From Fistulifera solaris (taxonomy: Eukaryota), in assembly GCA_030295235.1 (NCBI GenBank), contig AP026140.1, forward strand, positions 930,001 to 994,000: a stretch of DNA of 64,000 nucleotides. Reading direction: 5' to 3'. A program made the position numbers and the translations under genes. The notes under the pieces were generated by a model. It did no database searches. It had not been told where the DNA came from and worked only from the letters and a program-made list of their open reading frames with translations. Positions 1-11,212 of the stretch are shown piece after piece. Within the stretch, counting starts at the first letter, position 1; the number at the start of each line of letters is the position of its first letter.

Positions 1-142
1 TCACATTTTCCGAGTTCCGAAATCTCGATTTAGAAAACGAAGAATAGAACTCCAGAAGAAGAGACCCATTCTCAACCCTCGAAATCAAAGTGCAAAGAAA
101 AGGTCGCCACAAAGTCCGTTCCAATCGAGCAATATAATTACC

Positions 143-1127
143 ATGGGACTCATCACATCGAAAGAAAGCGCACCGAAATGGTTTGGCAATTTCGCGGAGC
201 AACTCCCCGGATTTGCAAGGCAAAGTGATTGCCGTCACCGGCTGCACAACCGGCCTCGGTTACATCTTTGCACGCACGTGCGTCCAGAAACATGCCACCG
301 CGGTGATTCTGTTGAATCGCTCTTCTGAACGAGCCGAAGCCGCGGAAAAGTCGTTGCGGGAAATCGCCAGCCCCGACACTACCGTCGTCACCATCACGTG
401 CGATCTTCAAGACTTTGGTTCCGTTCGCAAAGCGGCGACCCAGTTGAAAGAAAAGTACGATACCTTGGATGTTTTGTGCAATAACGCCGGAATCATGGCA
501 TTTCCCGATCAAGCCACTGCGGACGGCTGTGACGTGCAGATGCAAACCAATTTCTTGTCGCATTTCTTGTTGACGAAAGAATTGTTTCCGTTGTTGCAAA
601 ATGCCAAGACGAAACATGGTTCGGCTCGTATCGTCAATCATTCTTCCTTTGTGCGGTTTCGCCCGAAAACACCCTTCGACACGAAGTATCTGGAGAAAAA
701 GGGAGGTAATTTGGGTGGCTCCGGCTCCATGGCCATGTGGGAGCGGTATCATCAATCGAAGTTGGCTGTCGCTGTATTTGCCAGCGCATTGCACGATCGA
801 TTGCAAGGATCGGGGATCGAAGTGACCGTGGCGGCTCCCGGGTATTCGTATACCGATTTACAATCCAGTTCTCCGGGTATGAGCGGATTTCTTTGGTCGC
901 GAGCTTTCATGGCGCAATCGGTGGCCGATGGATGCATGCCGTTATTGTCGGCGGCTTTCTTACCATCCTCAAGCTCTCAAGATAACTTGAAGATCTGGGA
1001 ACCGCGTCGTTTCCGAATGTCGGGTCCTGCCGTCGAATATGATCTCGAAGAAATGTCCACGAAGAAAGAGTATCAAAATCAATTGTGGGCTGCCTCCGAA
1101 AACGCGTGCGGGAAATTTAATTTGTAA
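143..1127 (+). CDS. Short-chain dehydrogenase/reductase (retinol DH/WWOX-like), copy 1; 1-nt frameshift near 205
   Basis: TGCTTGLG Rossmann motif, CNNAG and YHQSK catalytic motif. The N-terminus MGLITSK..EQLP joins DLQGK if one extra C is removed from CTCCCCG. Confidence 0.9.
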
Positions 1128-1410
1128 AATAAATACGTGTTACCGATCGCTTGTGCGTCGCACAGTTGTTCAGCGTATGACTACTTTTTTATCGTTCATC
1201 ATCACCGTTTTGCTGATAACCATTCATGCGGTCTTAATAAATAGATTGCGTTATGAATTATGAACTACTCCGAGATGCGAATGTCATGCAAAGAAAAAAA
1301 AAAAGAAAAAGGAGCTCATTTGTTTAGGGTTCGAGGTCACCACGGAAAAGGTTACTATCCGCCAGAATGTAGATTACCTTTTTCACTAACCCAGAATGTA
1401 CTCCACCCAA

Positions 1411-1611
1411 TCACAGTCGTTCAGAATGTTCTTGCCAGCCGACTTTCGGCCAAAAAGGAAAAGTAGAAAAACGCCAACCGAACGAGTGAGCCACATAAAT
1501 GGACAAGGCTCCGATGAGGAAAAGACCTACAATTAATATATCATCATCATCATCGAACGGGTCGGCAAAGATGGCTTGCACGGCAAATGCGATCGTCTGT
1601 AAAGAATTCAT
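1411..1611 (-). CDS. Possible small membrane protein (66 aa)
   Basis: ATG-started ORF with an acidic DDDDD run followed by one hydrophobic helix (ILIVGLFLIGALSIYVA). No recognisable family. Confidence 0.25.
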   Translation of the reverse strand: MNSLQTIAFAVQAIFADPFDDDDDILIVGLFLIGALSIYVAHSFGWRFSTFPFWPKVGWQEHSERL

Positions 1612-1802
1612 GGCTGTATATATAAAGATGGCGATTGTGTGACGCTCGATAACGAGATCAATTGCCCCTGGTCGATGATGATTCGCATGATGCGAATCAT
1701 TGCAATTCGCATGGAAGGAAATTCGACTACGATGATTCAGAAAACAGTTCCTCAAAATTGAATTTTTTGTGTCAAAATTCATAATCAGAAAGATATTACA
1801 CC

Positions 1803-2770
1803 ATGGGATTGATTCCATCAAAAGACAGCTCAACTTCCTTCGAAGCATTTGTCGAGCAACTCCCCGATCTACAAGGCAAAATTATTGCTATTACGGGTTG
1901 TACGACCGGTTTGGGCTATGTATTTGCCGAAACGTGCGTGAAAAAGAATGCAGATACAGTTCTTTTGTTGAATCGCCCGTCGGAGCGTGCGGACCAAGCC
2001 GAAGAGTCCCTCCGGGCTATTGCGAAAACGACGCAGCTCGAAACGATCGAATGTGACTTGCAGGACTTTGCGTCGGTTCGAAAGGCAGCTGCCCAGATTA
2101 AAGAAAAGTACGAAGCGTTGGATATCTTGTGTAACAATGCTGGCATCATGGCGGTGCCCGACAATGCGACAGTCGATGGCTATGATGTACAAATGCAAAC
2201 CAACTATCTGTCGCATTTTTGTTGACCAAAGAGTTGATGCCTTTACTCCAAAAAGCGCAAGAGCTGAGGGGCGAAGCGCGAATTGTGAATCAGTTGTCAT
2301 TGATGCGTCTTATACCCTATACGAATGTAAAGAAAGAATTCCTCGAAAAGAACGGCGGCAACCTGGGCGGGTCAGGTTACATGGCGAATTGGGGAAGGTA
2401 TCATCGGAGCAAACTGGCGCATTCTGTCTTTGCTTCTGCGTTGTGGGATCGATTGAAAGGGTCTGGTATCAAAGTAACGTCGGCGGCGCCAGGCTATGCT
2501 TCTACCAACATCATGTCAACGACACCGGGTTTCAATGGTCTACGCTGGTCCCGAGTCTTGGCGCGATCGCCGGAAGATGGTTGCATGCCGTTGCTATCGG
2601 CAGCGTTTCGCCCCGTCAAGGAAGACAAGCCAACGGTCTGGGAACCGGGTCGTTTGCGATTGTACGGTCCTGCTGTCGAGTTTGAGTTGGAGGAGACGTC
2701 CACGAAAAAGGAGTTTAAGGATCTGGTGTGGACAGCATCCGAACAAGCTTGTGGAACGTTCAATCCTTAA
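1803..2770 (+). CDS. SDR copy 2; frameshift near 2220
   Basis: TGCTTGLG, CNNAG and YHRSK. ORFs 1803-2225 and 2219-2770 join at CATTTTTGTTG, where the paralogs read CATTTCTTGTTG. Confidence 0.9.
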
Positions 2771-3359
2771 CGCGAAAGAGATTTTTTAATAGGTCACTCT
2801 TTGGTTGTTATTGCTGCATGTTTACATTTTTCAGCAAGCGACAGCTCCAAATCTATATATAACTTTATTTTTCTAGACCCCCGCGTGCGGGAAACCAGCA
2901 GCGGCGTAGAGATGCAATTAGTTGTAGCTTATAACATAACTTACAGAGTAGCGAAAAGAGTGTCGTAAAATAAAGGAAGAAACATCACTCAGAATTTCCG
3001 TTAATTGTTCCATCAACTTAATTCACGACTGTAATCTAGTCATGAATCCGTTTTTTCAGCGGCAAATAATAAGTTATACTCCTACCAATAAACTTAGTTC
3101 ATTCAGCAACTTTTTATCGAATTCATTTGTTGTTGTTGCAATGCAATAGGTTTAGCACGTTTTGATTACACGCCGGTTTATCGTAGGTCGAATAGCCTGC
3201 GAAACGATTGTCTTCCTAAGCCACGACCGCTTGTTGCATTCAGTCACGCATACTTGCTCGACGCAAAATAAACAAAGAATGCAATGCATAAGGGAAAATT
3301 ATAGATCATAGGTGCTGCTCCTTCGGTTGTGTAGAAGAGCTCAACATACAACTTAAAGT

Positions 3360-4359
3360 ATGGGCACTGTGTATTCAAAGGAAATAGAAACGAAATGGTT
3401 TGACGGCTTCGTCGAGCAACTTCCTGATTTACAAGGAAAAACCATCGCGATAAGTGGTTGCACAACAGGCTTAGGCTACGTCTTTGCACGTACTTGCATT
3501 AAGAAACATGCCACCGCGGTGATCCTTCTCAACCGATCTTCGGAGCGAGCAGAATCTGCAGAAATGTCTTTGAAAGAGATAGCCAACGCGGACACGACTG
3601 TCGTCGAAACGATCGCTTGCGATCTGCAAGATTTTGCTTCTGTACAGAAAGCGGCTGCGCAGCTCTCGAAAAAGTACGACGTCTTGGATGTTTTGTGTAA
3701 TAATGCCGGAATTATGGCATTTCCCGACGAAGCTACTGTTGACAGATACGATATTCAGATGCAGACGAATCATTTATCGCATTTCTTGTTGACGAAGGAA
3801 CTGTTTCCATTATTGCAAAAAAGCGAAAGAAAAACACGGGTCGGCTCGCATTGTGAATCATTCTTCTTGGTTTCGGAAGAATCCGCCTTCGAGCTTCGAT
3901 CCTATGTATTTGGAACGAAAAGGCGGGCAACTTGGAGGTAACAGTTACTGGGCCTACTACCAGCGCTATCATCAATCAAAACTTGCCAACGCCATTTTTA
4001 CATGTGCCTTGCAAGATCGCTTGGAAGGAACCGGAATTGAAGCTACGGTGGCCGCTCCTGGATACGCCGCGACGGAGCTGTTGCAATCATCACAAGGACC
4101 GGCTCTATTTAGTTACGCAGTGGTTCGTAATCTCATGGCACAATCGGCTGAAGACGGGTGTATGCCGCTCCTCGCAGCGGCATTTATGCCTTCTACTTCC
4201 AATCGAAAGAGGCCGATGATTTGGGAACCCAGTGGTTTCATGACGGCGGCGGGTCCGGCGGTGGAATACGAGCTTACTCCAATTTGTACGCAAAAGGATA
4301 GTCAAATCTTGTTGTGGGATTATTCGGAAGCGGCTTGTGGAAAGTTTATAACTTCATGA
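3360..4359 (+). CDS. SDR copy 3; frameshift near 3820
   Basis: SGCTTGLG, CNNAG and YHQSK. An extra A in CAAAAAAGCG separates ORFs 3360-3941 and 3853-4359. Confidence 0.9.
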
Positions 4360-4533
4360 CTCTGTGTGGAAGTTCTGAAGAAATAGAAAATAGAATAAGA
4401 ACCAGTTTTGAAGAGGATAGACTATTACATAGGAGTAGCTCTAGTATTTTTTTGAAGTAATCAAAATAAAATACTCCGTAAAAAACAAAAATCTGGAGTG
4501 TGAAGATTTCAGAAAATCTGATACTGTACATTG

Positions 4534-4794
4534 ATTTTCACGTTCCCACAAAATCTGGGCTTGTGGTTTTTCACGTTCCATAAAATCTGGGCAGGTGGTC
4601 TTTTCACGTTCCCATAAAATCAAGGCGAGTATGATTTTTCGCGTTCCTATAAAATCTGGGTATGTGGCTTTATGACATTCCCATAAAATCTGGGTACTGT
4701 ATGTGGCTTTATGACGCTCGCATAAAATCGGGGGGAGTAATTTTTCGCTCTCCCATAAAATTTGGGTATGTGTCTTATCACGCTCCCATAAAAT
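4534..4794. repeat. Degenerate minisatellite, about 8 units of 33-38 bp, core TTTTCACGTTCCCATAAAATCTGGG
   Basis: Repeated core visible directly. Related, in reverse complement, to the array at 58317-58498. Confidence 0.85.
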
Positions 4795-4884
4795 ACCGCA
4801 GACGACGATGCAGAGAGAAGCGCTCATTCCTTTTCATCCCAGCCAGCATTCTATAGTAGCAATCTATTAAGTCTGCTTCTTGTA

Positions 4885-6330
4885 ATGACAGCTTGCAACA
4901 TTACCAGCAACAGCAATGCAGCTACCACTAGTCCTCAAAGCATAGCATGTTTTCTGGATTTGCCTTCCGGCAGCGCAATCAGTATCAATGGAGTTTCGGT
5001 ATCAATTCAACGGGATGATTTTGTCGGTATTTCTCAAATACCGTCACAGCACTTTCACTTCATAACAATTACCGCGAAATCATCTTCAATTACGACCGGC
5101 TTTGTATTACTGCCCGGAAGTACAGCCACGGTGCGTCGATACGATCCACGGACCGAAGAAGTGTCTTCCACAATTGTGGTCGATGAAATGACGATACAAA
5201 ATCTAATGCAACAATCACCGTCATTAGAGCATCAGCAGCGTGTTATACCGTATTCTTTACTGGTAAAAGAAGAGCAACAAGTGAAATGGAATCAATGTTT
5301 GACAAATTACATTGCCGCTGACTTGTTGCGTCAGCGAGGGATAGAATCGTCCGGTCAAAAAGTCGTTCCAGGATGTTTGAACGATGAAATGGGGAATAAT
5401 ATGGCGGGCATCAATCATCTACCGTCGCAGCGCGAAACCGATGGGATACCGCTGTCTTATTTTCCCGTGCCTATTCTTGATCAGCGACGTCCTCGATGGG
5501 CCAGTCACGTGGGTACCCAACAGTTCTTGCAGACTTTGTCGGCTCCCGAACGAACCCAGCTCTTTGTCGATCCCCATCCATCGCAGCGTGCGTGGGAACG
5601 TGTATTTGCCGAGCACTATCAACATAAATGGGAATGGGTTTTTGGTGATTTGCAATTGAGTTTTCTTTTCTTTGTTCATTTGCATTGCTTCGAATCGCTG
5701 ATGCACTGGAGAGATCTCTTATCACTCTTGGGGCAACTGATGGAAGTACCTCCGCCTTCTCATCTATTGGCTCCCGTGCTGGTGCATCAATTATCGAATC
5801 TGGATGCTTCGGAAGTGTTGCAGACCTTTATTGATGACACGGAAGACGAAGAAGAGAATAGTATTGCCACCGCGCTTCAGCGATTGGTGCAAACGTGGCG
5901 ACGACAAGGTGACAACGAAGACATGTTGCAGCGCCTAAGTAGCTTGATTGAGGACCGATTGTGTGCGAAAATTCAGTCAGTGGACGAGGATGATGAGGAA
6001 GGAGGACTTGAAAGTGAGGAAGAAGGGGATCATTATCGAAATTTAGACGAAAGTGACGACGAAAGTGAAGGGCCGATGATAGTAGAAATGGATGACTATG
6101 AAGCCGCCATACAACGGAATAAAACGACGAACCGAGCCACACTTTCCTATTCTGTTCCGTATGCACCCGAAATCGCCACCAATTATCCCATTTTGTGGGC
6201 AGCGAAACAAGAGCACGAAGACTTGATCATGACGTGTGCTCGGGCTTTGGAAGAAGCGAATGATGTGTCATTGGTACGACAAGCGGCGGACTATCTAGAG
6301 CAAGTTGAGGCCAAGTCGGCTCACTTATGA
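4885..6330 (+). CDS. AAR2: AAR2 (U5 snRNP assembly factor) family protein
   Basis: 481-aa ORF with N-terminal FVGISQIP and C-terminal GDLQLSFLFFVHLHCFESLMHWRDLLSLL, matching the AAR2 GELQFAF..F..WK.LL pattern; acidic tail. Confidence 0.8.
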   Translation: MTACNITSNSNAATTSPQSIACFLDLPSGSAISINGVSVSIQRDDFVGISQIPSQHFHFITITAKSSSITTGFVLLPGSTATVRRYDPRTEEVSSTIVVDEMTIQNLMQQSPSLEHQQRVIPYSLLVKEEQQVKWNQCLTNYIAADLLRQRGIESSGQKVVPGCLNDEMGNNMAGINHLPSQRETDGIPLSYFPVPILDQRRPRWASHVGTQQFLQTLSAPERTQLFVDPHPSQRAWERVFAEHYQHKWEWVFGDLQLSFLFFVHLHCFESLMHWRDLLSLLGQLMEVPPPSHLLAPVLVHQLSNLDASEVLQTFIDDTEDEEENSIATALQRLVQTWRRQGDNEDMLQRLSSLIEDRLCAKIQSVDEDDEEGGLESEEEGDHYRNLDESDDESEGPMIVEMDDYEAAIQRNKTTNRATLSYSVPYAPEIATNYPILWAAKQEHEDLIMTCARALEEANDVSLVRQAADYLEQVEAKSAHL

Positions 6331-6557
6331 TCCTGCTTGAACTGTAAAGCAAAAAAAAATGATTTTGTATAGAGAAGGTTATAGAACTTGTCTCGAGAAT
6401 GAGTCACGAGTCGCCTCTTCATCTCTCTCTGTAGTCTGTAAGGCGTCCGTTACACCGCACACACTCGCCATTCACGAAAAAATAAATATTACCATCGCGC
6501 GATACAAAACTGAAACGCAATAAAAACAGGAAAGAAACAATAAACAATTTCGCAACC

Positions 6558-7317
6558 ATGGGAAAAGCCAAACAGACGCGCAAATTCGCCATTGCGAAGA
6601 AAATAATCAGCCCGAAAGACACGCGCGTGCAAAGAACGCCGAAGCCGCGAAAGCGAAAGTGCTAGCCAAGAAAGAAAAAGAAGAAAAAACCGCGTCACGT
6701 CGAACAAGCGAACAGTGCTCTCTTCTTTCAATATAATGAACAGCTGGGTCCTCCGTATCATGTTCTAATTGATACAAACTTTATCAACTTTTCCATTCGG
6801 TACGTTTCTTCTTGTCTAGTGTTTTAAGCATAAGGGCGTTACAGAAATCCCTAACAGAAATTCTTTCACCAATTTCGGCGTTTAGAAAAAAGCTAGACAT
6901 TGTGCGTGCCATGATGGATTGTTTATTAGCGAAATGTATTCCCTGCATTACCAATTGTGTCATGGCGGAGCTGGAAAAACTCGGTGGCAAGTACAAGATT
7001 GCTCTACGCTTGGCCAAAGATCCCCGCTTTCAACGCGTTCCGTGCAATTGCAAGGGGAATTATGCCGATGATTGTTTGACGAATATGGTGAAACAATGGA
7101 AATGTTACATTGTTGCTACTTGTGATAAGGAATTGCGGGGGCGTATTCGAAAAATTCCTGGTACGTGCAGAACGAGTGTGCAGATTATTTTGTCGGACAA
7201 TGTGATTCATCTGACTTGCTATATCTCATTCTTTCTACAGGTGTCCCTTGCATGTACATAAGCGGCTACAAATACACGGTCGAACGAATGCCGGAAGCAT
7301 TTGGTGCACCTAGATGA
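6558..7317 (+). CDS. FCF1: rRNA-processing PIN endonuclease FCF1/UTP24; introns ~6800-6885 and ~7161-7240; two homopolymer frameshifts in exon 1
   Basis: [11 protein letters not shown] start, [56 protein letters not shown] and [11 protein letters not shown] stop. GT-AG introns seen. Confidence 0.92.
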
Positions 7318-7433
7318 TGTGTTTTTGCGGCGTTGCAATACTTCGTATGCAATTATCTTTTACTATCAATAGAGAAACATTACACTTGCATGTACTCTTA
7401 TAAAATACGTAGTAATAAGCATACCAACTACAA

Positions 7434-8465
7434 TTATAGTTGACGCTGATTATTCGTAGGTCGAGCTGAACGCTTCTGCTGGTCATCATCACTATCCGAA
7501 GAATCCGACGACAACAAGGATTCGATCAAACTGGAAACGTTCGTTTTCTTCGGTGCCGCCTGCTTCTTTCTCACGGGAGCCCGCGGTCGTTTTCGTTTCC
7601 GATGCGGATCTTGGGCCGCGGCCGCACCCACTTCGGTTTGCAATTGTGTCAGTGCTTTGCGTGCCATGGCATAGGCGGGGAAGGATTGTTCCGAAAACTC
7701 GACAATTTGATTGATGAGGGGGGCCAACTCGACCCGTAATTTTCGATTGGGACGCTCCCAAGAAACGCGCAAGGCCGCTTGGTACATCTCGTCAAAATCG
7801 TCGTCATTGTCATGGTCGTGGCCCATCCACGGCATGGCGGCTCGATGAGCGGCGCACGGTTGACCATCTTTCATGGGAGCGTGTTGGCAATGATTTCCTT
7901 TGCCGGTTCCGGTGGAAAAATACCAATTCCCATTCCGAAAGCGAAAGGTAAAGAAGAACGAGCACCGATCTTCTTCGCGCGTCGGCTGGTTCGTCATGAG
8001 GTGAGGGATACCGGTTTCGCGTTCCAGCGCCAAGGCTTCCGCCGCCGATGCCGTTTTGATGCGAAACATGCGGTACCGCGCACAACGAAAAATGATGAAA
8101 TTGCGTTCTTTACTGAAGGAGCCACTGGCCAAGCGGAAACTGGGAGGGCACGCTTGCGTCATGTGTTTGCGAATGTGATCAATGGAAGCGGGAGACATAC
8201 AAGTCAGGTGCGGAAAAATAGTGATATAATCCATCCCCAAAGCTGACATGTACGTAGTTCCTTTTATAACTTTGCCGTATTTCGAATCCGGTCCCAAATA
8301 ATCCAGTAGATTAATGTTACAATTTTTGAAGGTACCATCCGATCGTCGGAATTGTGCGGGGACATACATCGGAGTCGTAGGACGCCAAGGGGGAATTGCA
8401 TTGTTGCTGCGGGTCGCTTCATTGTTGTCATTGTTTGCGGGAGGAGTTTCATCACTGCTGCTCAT
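7434..8465 (-). CDS. Putative DNA-binding protein with a WRKY-GCM1/FAR1-like C..C..H..H Zn domain (Mutator-transposase-derived?), paralog A
   Basis: 343-aa intact ORF with IFRC...RCSFFFTFRFRNGNWYFSTGTGKGNHCQH and a basic NLS-like HRKRKRPR. Clearly paralogous to 9654-10736. Family assignment is inferred from motif spacing. Confidence 0.6.
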   Translation of the reverse strand: MSSSDETPPANNDNNEATRSNNAIPPWRPTTPMYVPAQFRRSDGTFKNCNINLLDYLGPDSKYGKVIKGTTYMSALGMDYITIFPHLTCMSPASIDHIRKHMTQACPPSFRLASGSFSKERNFIIFRCARYRMFRIKTASAAEALALERETGIPHLMTNQPTREEDRCSFFFTFRFRNGNWYFSTGTGKGNHCQHAPMKDGQPCAAHRAAMPWMGHDHDNDDDFDEMYQAALRVSWERPNRKLRVELAPLINQIVEFSEQSFPAYAMARKALTQLQTEVGAAAAQDPHRKRKRPRAPVRKKQAAPKKTNVSSLIESLLSSDSSDSDDDQQKRSARPTNNQRQL

Positions 8466-8735
8466 TGTTGCCTCGAATGTGCGTTCTGCAAGAACACTTT
8501 ATTTAAACTAGTACAAGTAAACCGCAAGCACTTGTTCAGAATAATCGCGAGGGCGATCACAATAAGGAAGGAAAAAATCAAATGCGGTGCAACAAAAATG
8601 CGACGCGACGACGTGTCGATAACAGTAATGTCAAGGCTACGCCTACGCAGTATAGGCCTAAAGTGTTGTTCGTTTTCACCACGATTGCATTCAGTCATGA
8701 GTTAGTAAGAGACGGTTAATTTTTACTCCGTATTA

Positions 8736-9490
8736 GGAAAACCTGGTAGTCTAGACTATGATATTTTGGATCAGAACGTGAGACAGAACGCGTACCAGAA
8801 GTTCTGGAAAATGTGTTTTGGATTATGAATTATGAGGAGTCATGAGGAAAGAAAGTGCGAATTCCAGAAAATCTGGAAATGTTATTTTCAGATCATACAG
8901 AAATTCTGTCGTATTCCAGAAATTCTGGACCAGTGTTTTCGATCGCACCGAAATGCTGTGCGCGTTCCAAGTAAGCTAATAGGAAAATCGGGTAGTCTAG
9001 ACTATGATATTTTTGGATCATAACGTGAGACAGTACGCGTTCCAGAAGTTCTGGAAACTGTGATTTGGATCATGAGGAAAGAAAGTGAGACAGTACGCGT
9101 TCCAGAAGTTCTGGAAACTGTGATTTGGATCATGAGGAAAGAAAGTGCAAATTCCAGAAAATCTGGAAAAGTATTTTTCTGATCATAAACTTACAGAAAT
9201 TCTGTCGTGGTTCAAGAATTCTGGACCAGTGTTTTCGATCGCACCGAAATGCTGTGCGCGTTCCAAATAAACTGATTATGGTGTTTTGAAGCGTAACGTG
9301 AGACAGTGCGCGTTCCAGAAATTCTGGATAATGTGTTTTGGACCATAAGGAAAGAAAGTGCAAATTCCAGAAAATCTGGAAAAGTATTTTTCTGATCATA
9401 AACTTACAGAAATTCTGTTGTGGTCCAGAAATTCTGGAGCAGTGTTTTGTTCTCACCGAAATGCTGGGCGCGTTACAAGTAAACTGATAA
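8736..9490. repeat. Palindromic satellite array with a ~212-bp higher-order unit (4 subunits), about 3 copies
   Basis: CCGAAATGCTG recurs at ~8948, 9244 and 9456. Multiple TTCCAGAAATTCTGGA / TTCCAGAAAATCTGGAA cores. Exact 60-bp internal duplication at ~9028-9147. Confidence 0.9.
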
Positions 9491-9653
9491 GTCTAGTCTA
9501 CAAGTAGTTCGTTGTCTTAAGTTTGTTTCATTCCCTGCGGGATATCCGCATTTTTCTTGTTCTCTCCTTGTACGGCTACTGGACGTACTTTGTATAATAC
9601 ACCGAATTCATGACTACGCAGCTAATCATTCATATATGCAACAATAGATCCCA

Positions 9654-10736
9654 CTATAATTGATTATTTGGTGCGGCGCCAGTTTGATTGAAAATATTCG
9701 GCGTACCCTGCGCATTCTGAATCTGCATCGCCAGTTGCGAATTCAGCGTAATTTCTCGAGTCTGCCCATTCGGTGCATTCAGAGTGCTGTGAATGCTGAG
9801 CCAACTGGGCTTCTTCTTCTCCTTCGGGACTTTCTGCACTGGTTCCTTTGGTTTGGGTTGATGCTTGCGCTTCCATACCGGGTCTTCTCGAGCTAGTTTG
9901 ATGCATTCTGATTCCAGTTTATCAATCGTTTTGTGAGCTAGAGAATATACAGGAAAAGATTGATCCGACAATTCAATAATCTTGTTGAGCATGTGAGAAA
10001 ATTTGACGCGTGCATTCCGTTTTTGTTGCCGTGCCCAGCTCGCTTTCAATGCCTCCTCGTAGATGTGATCAAATCGTGTGTCGTCGTCGATAGTAATGTA
10101 CGGACGTTTGGCGGCTGCCGCGGGCGCCTCCACCACCACAACTTCCGGCTCCGCCACGGGATTTACCGGAGCCGGTGGATGATTGCAATGATGTCCTTTT
10201 CCAGTTCCCGTCGAAAAAATCCAGTTCCCATTGCGAAACGAGACGGTAAAACAAAAATGACACCGCTCTTCCGGAGTCATTGGTCTGGTTCGATTCATCG
10301 AGGGCCGAATGGGTTTCCCGTTCACGGGCCGGGCTTTGTACATGTGATTGCGGATGCAACGAAACACAATGCGCATACGGTCCTTTTCCAAGCCTCCCGC
10401 GCGCAAACGAAAGGTGGCGGCGCATTCTTGGACGAGATGCGAGCGAACGTGTTTGATGGATTCGGGTGTCGCGTCGGTAATGGAGGGAAAGAGAATGATA
10501 CAGTCCATTCCCAAGGGCTGAAGACACGTGGAAGTATTCAATACTTTGCCGTATTTCGAATCGGGACCCATAAAGTCCATGAGATTGATCGTACGATCTT
10601 GTACGGTGCCGTCGGGGCTGCGGAATCGTGCGGGTACATTGATACAAGGAGTTCGCCAAGTTTCTTTGTTCACGTCGTTAGTTGTTGTATCAGTATTGTT
10701 GTTGTTGGAGGGAGAAGCAGCATTATCAGTGCTCAT
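9654..10736 (-). CDS. Putative DNA-binding protein with a WRKY-GCM1/FAR1-like Zn domain, paralog B
   Basis: IVFRC...RCHFCFTVSFRNGNWIFSTGTGKGHHCNH; shares GPDSKYGKV with paralog A. Likely start MSTDNAAS at 10736. Confidence 0.6.
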   Translation of the reverse strand: MSTDNAASPSNNNNTDTTTNDVNKETWRTPCINVPARFRSPDGTVQDRTINLMDFMGPDSKYGKVLNTSTCLQPLGMDCIILFPSITDATPESIKHVRSHLVQECAATFRLRAGGLEKDRMRIVFRCIRNHMYKARPVNGKPIRPSMNRTRPMTPEERCHFCFTVSFRNGNWIFSTGTGKGHHCNHPPAPVNPVAEPEVVVVEAPAAAAKRPYITIDDDTRFDHIYEEALKASWARQQKRNARVKFSHMLNKIIELSDQSFPVYSLAHKTIDKLESECIKLAREDPVWKRKHQPKPKEPVQKVPKEKKKPSWLSIHSTLNAPNGQTREITLNSQLAMQIQNAQGTPNIFNQTGAAPNNQL

Positions 10737-11212
10737 TTTGTTTCCTACAACAAGTTGAAAAGAAAAAAGAAACGATGGAAGGAATATGTAAATGAAGCAG
10801 ACCCCTTTTGCATTGCTATACTCCCTTTGCTGCAACACCCACGGCAAACGCGCTGCAGCACGGAAATGCGCTGCAAGAGCGCCATGAGAGCGCCGCGAGG
10901 GGACGTGCGTTCTTGGCGGGGAGCGCAATTAAGACAATAAATGAAAAACGTCATTTGTTCGGATTCGGTACCGTATAGACGTATTGACGAGTGATACTTA
11001 ACAATTCATCTCGACTATGGGTCTGAAAGTTGCTTTAAGGTGGACAGTAGCGCGACTCAACCCGTAGTCAGTCACGAGAGGATACGAACGCTTTTTATAT
11101 TTTTGATTTTCGCTTTTTCATTGTTTTGTGAGCAACGGTCTTTGCATTATTTTCTTGTTGTTGCAACTCTTGTATGAATTGTTTGTAACACATGTCCTAA
11201 AATTATCTCAGA

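Noticed and set aside
143..4359. Programmed ribosomal frameshifting in the SDRs
   Set aside because: The shifts occur at different positions and directions in each paralog and sit in homopolymers.
4534..4794. CRISPR-like repeat/spacer pattern
   Set aside because: Linkers are only ~8-14 nt and resemble each other, the repeats are degenerate, there are no cas genes, and the context is eukaryotic.
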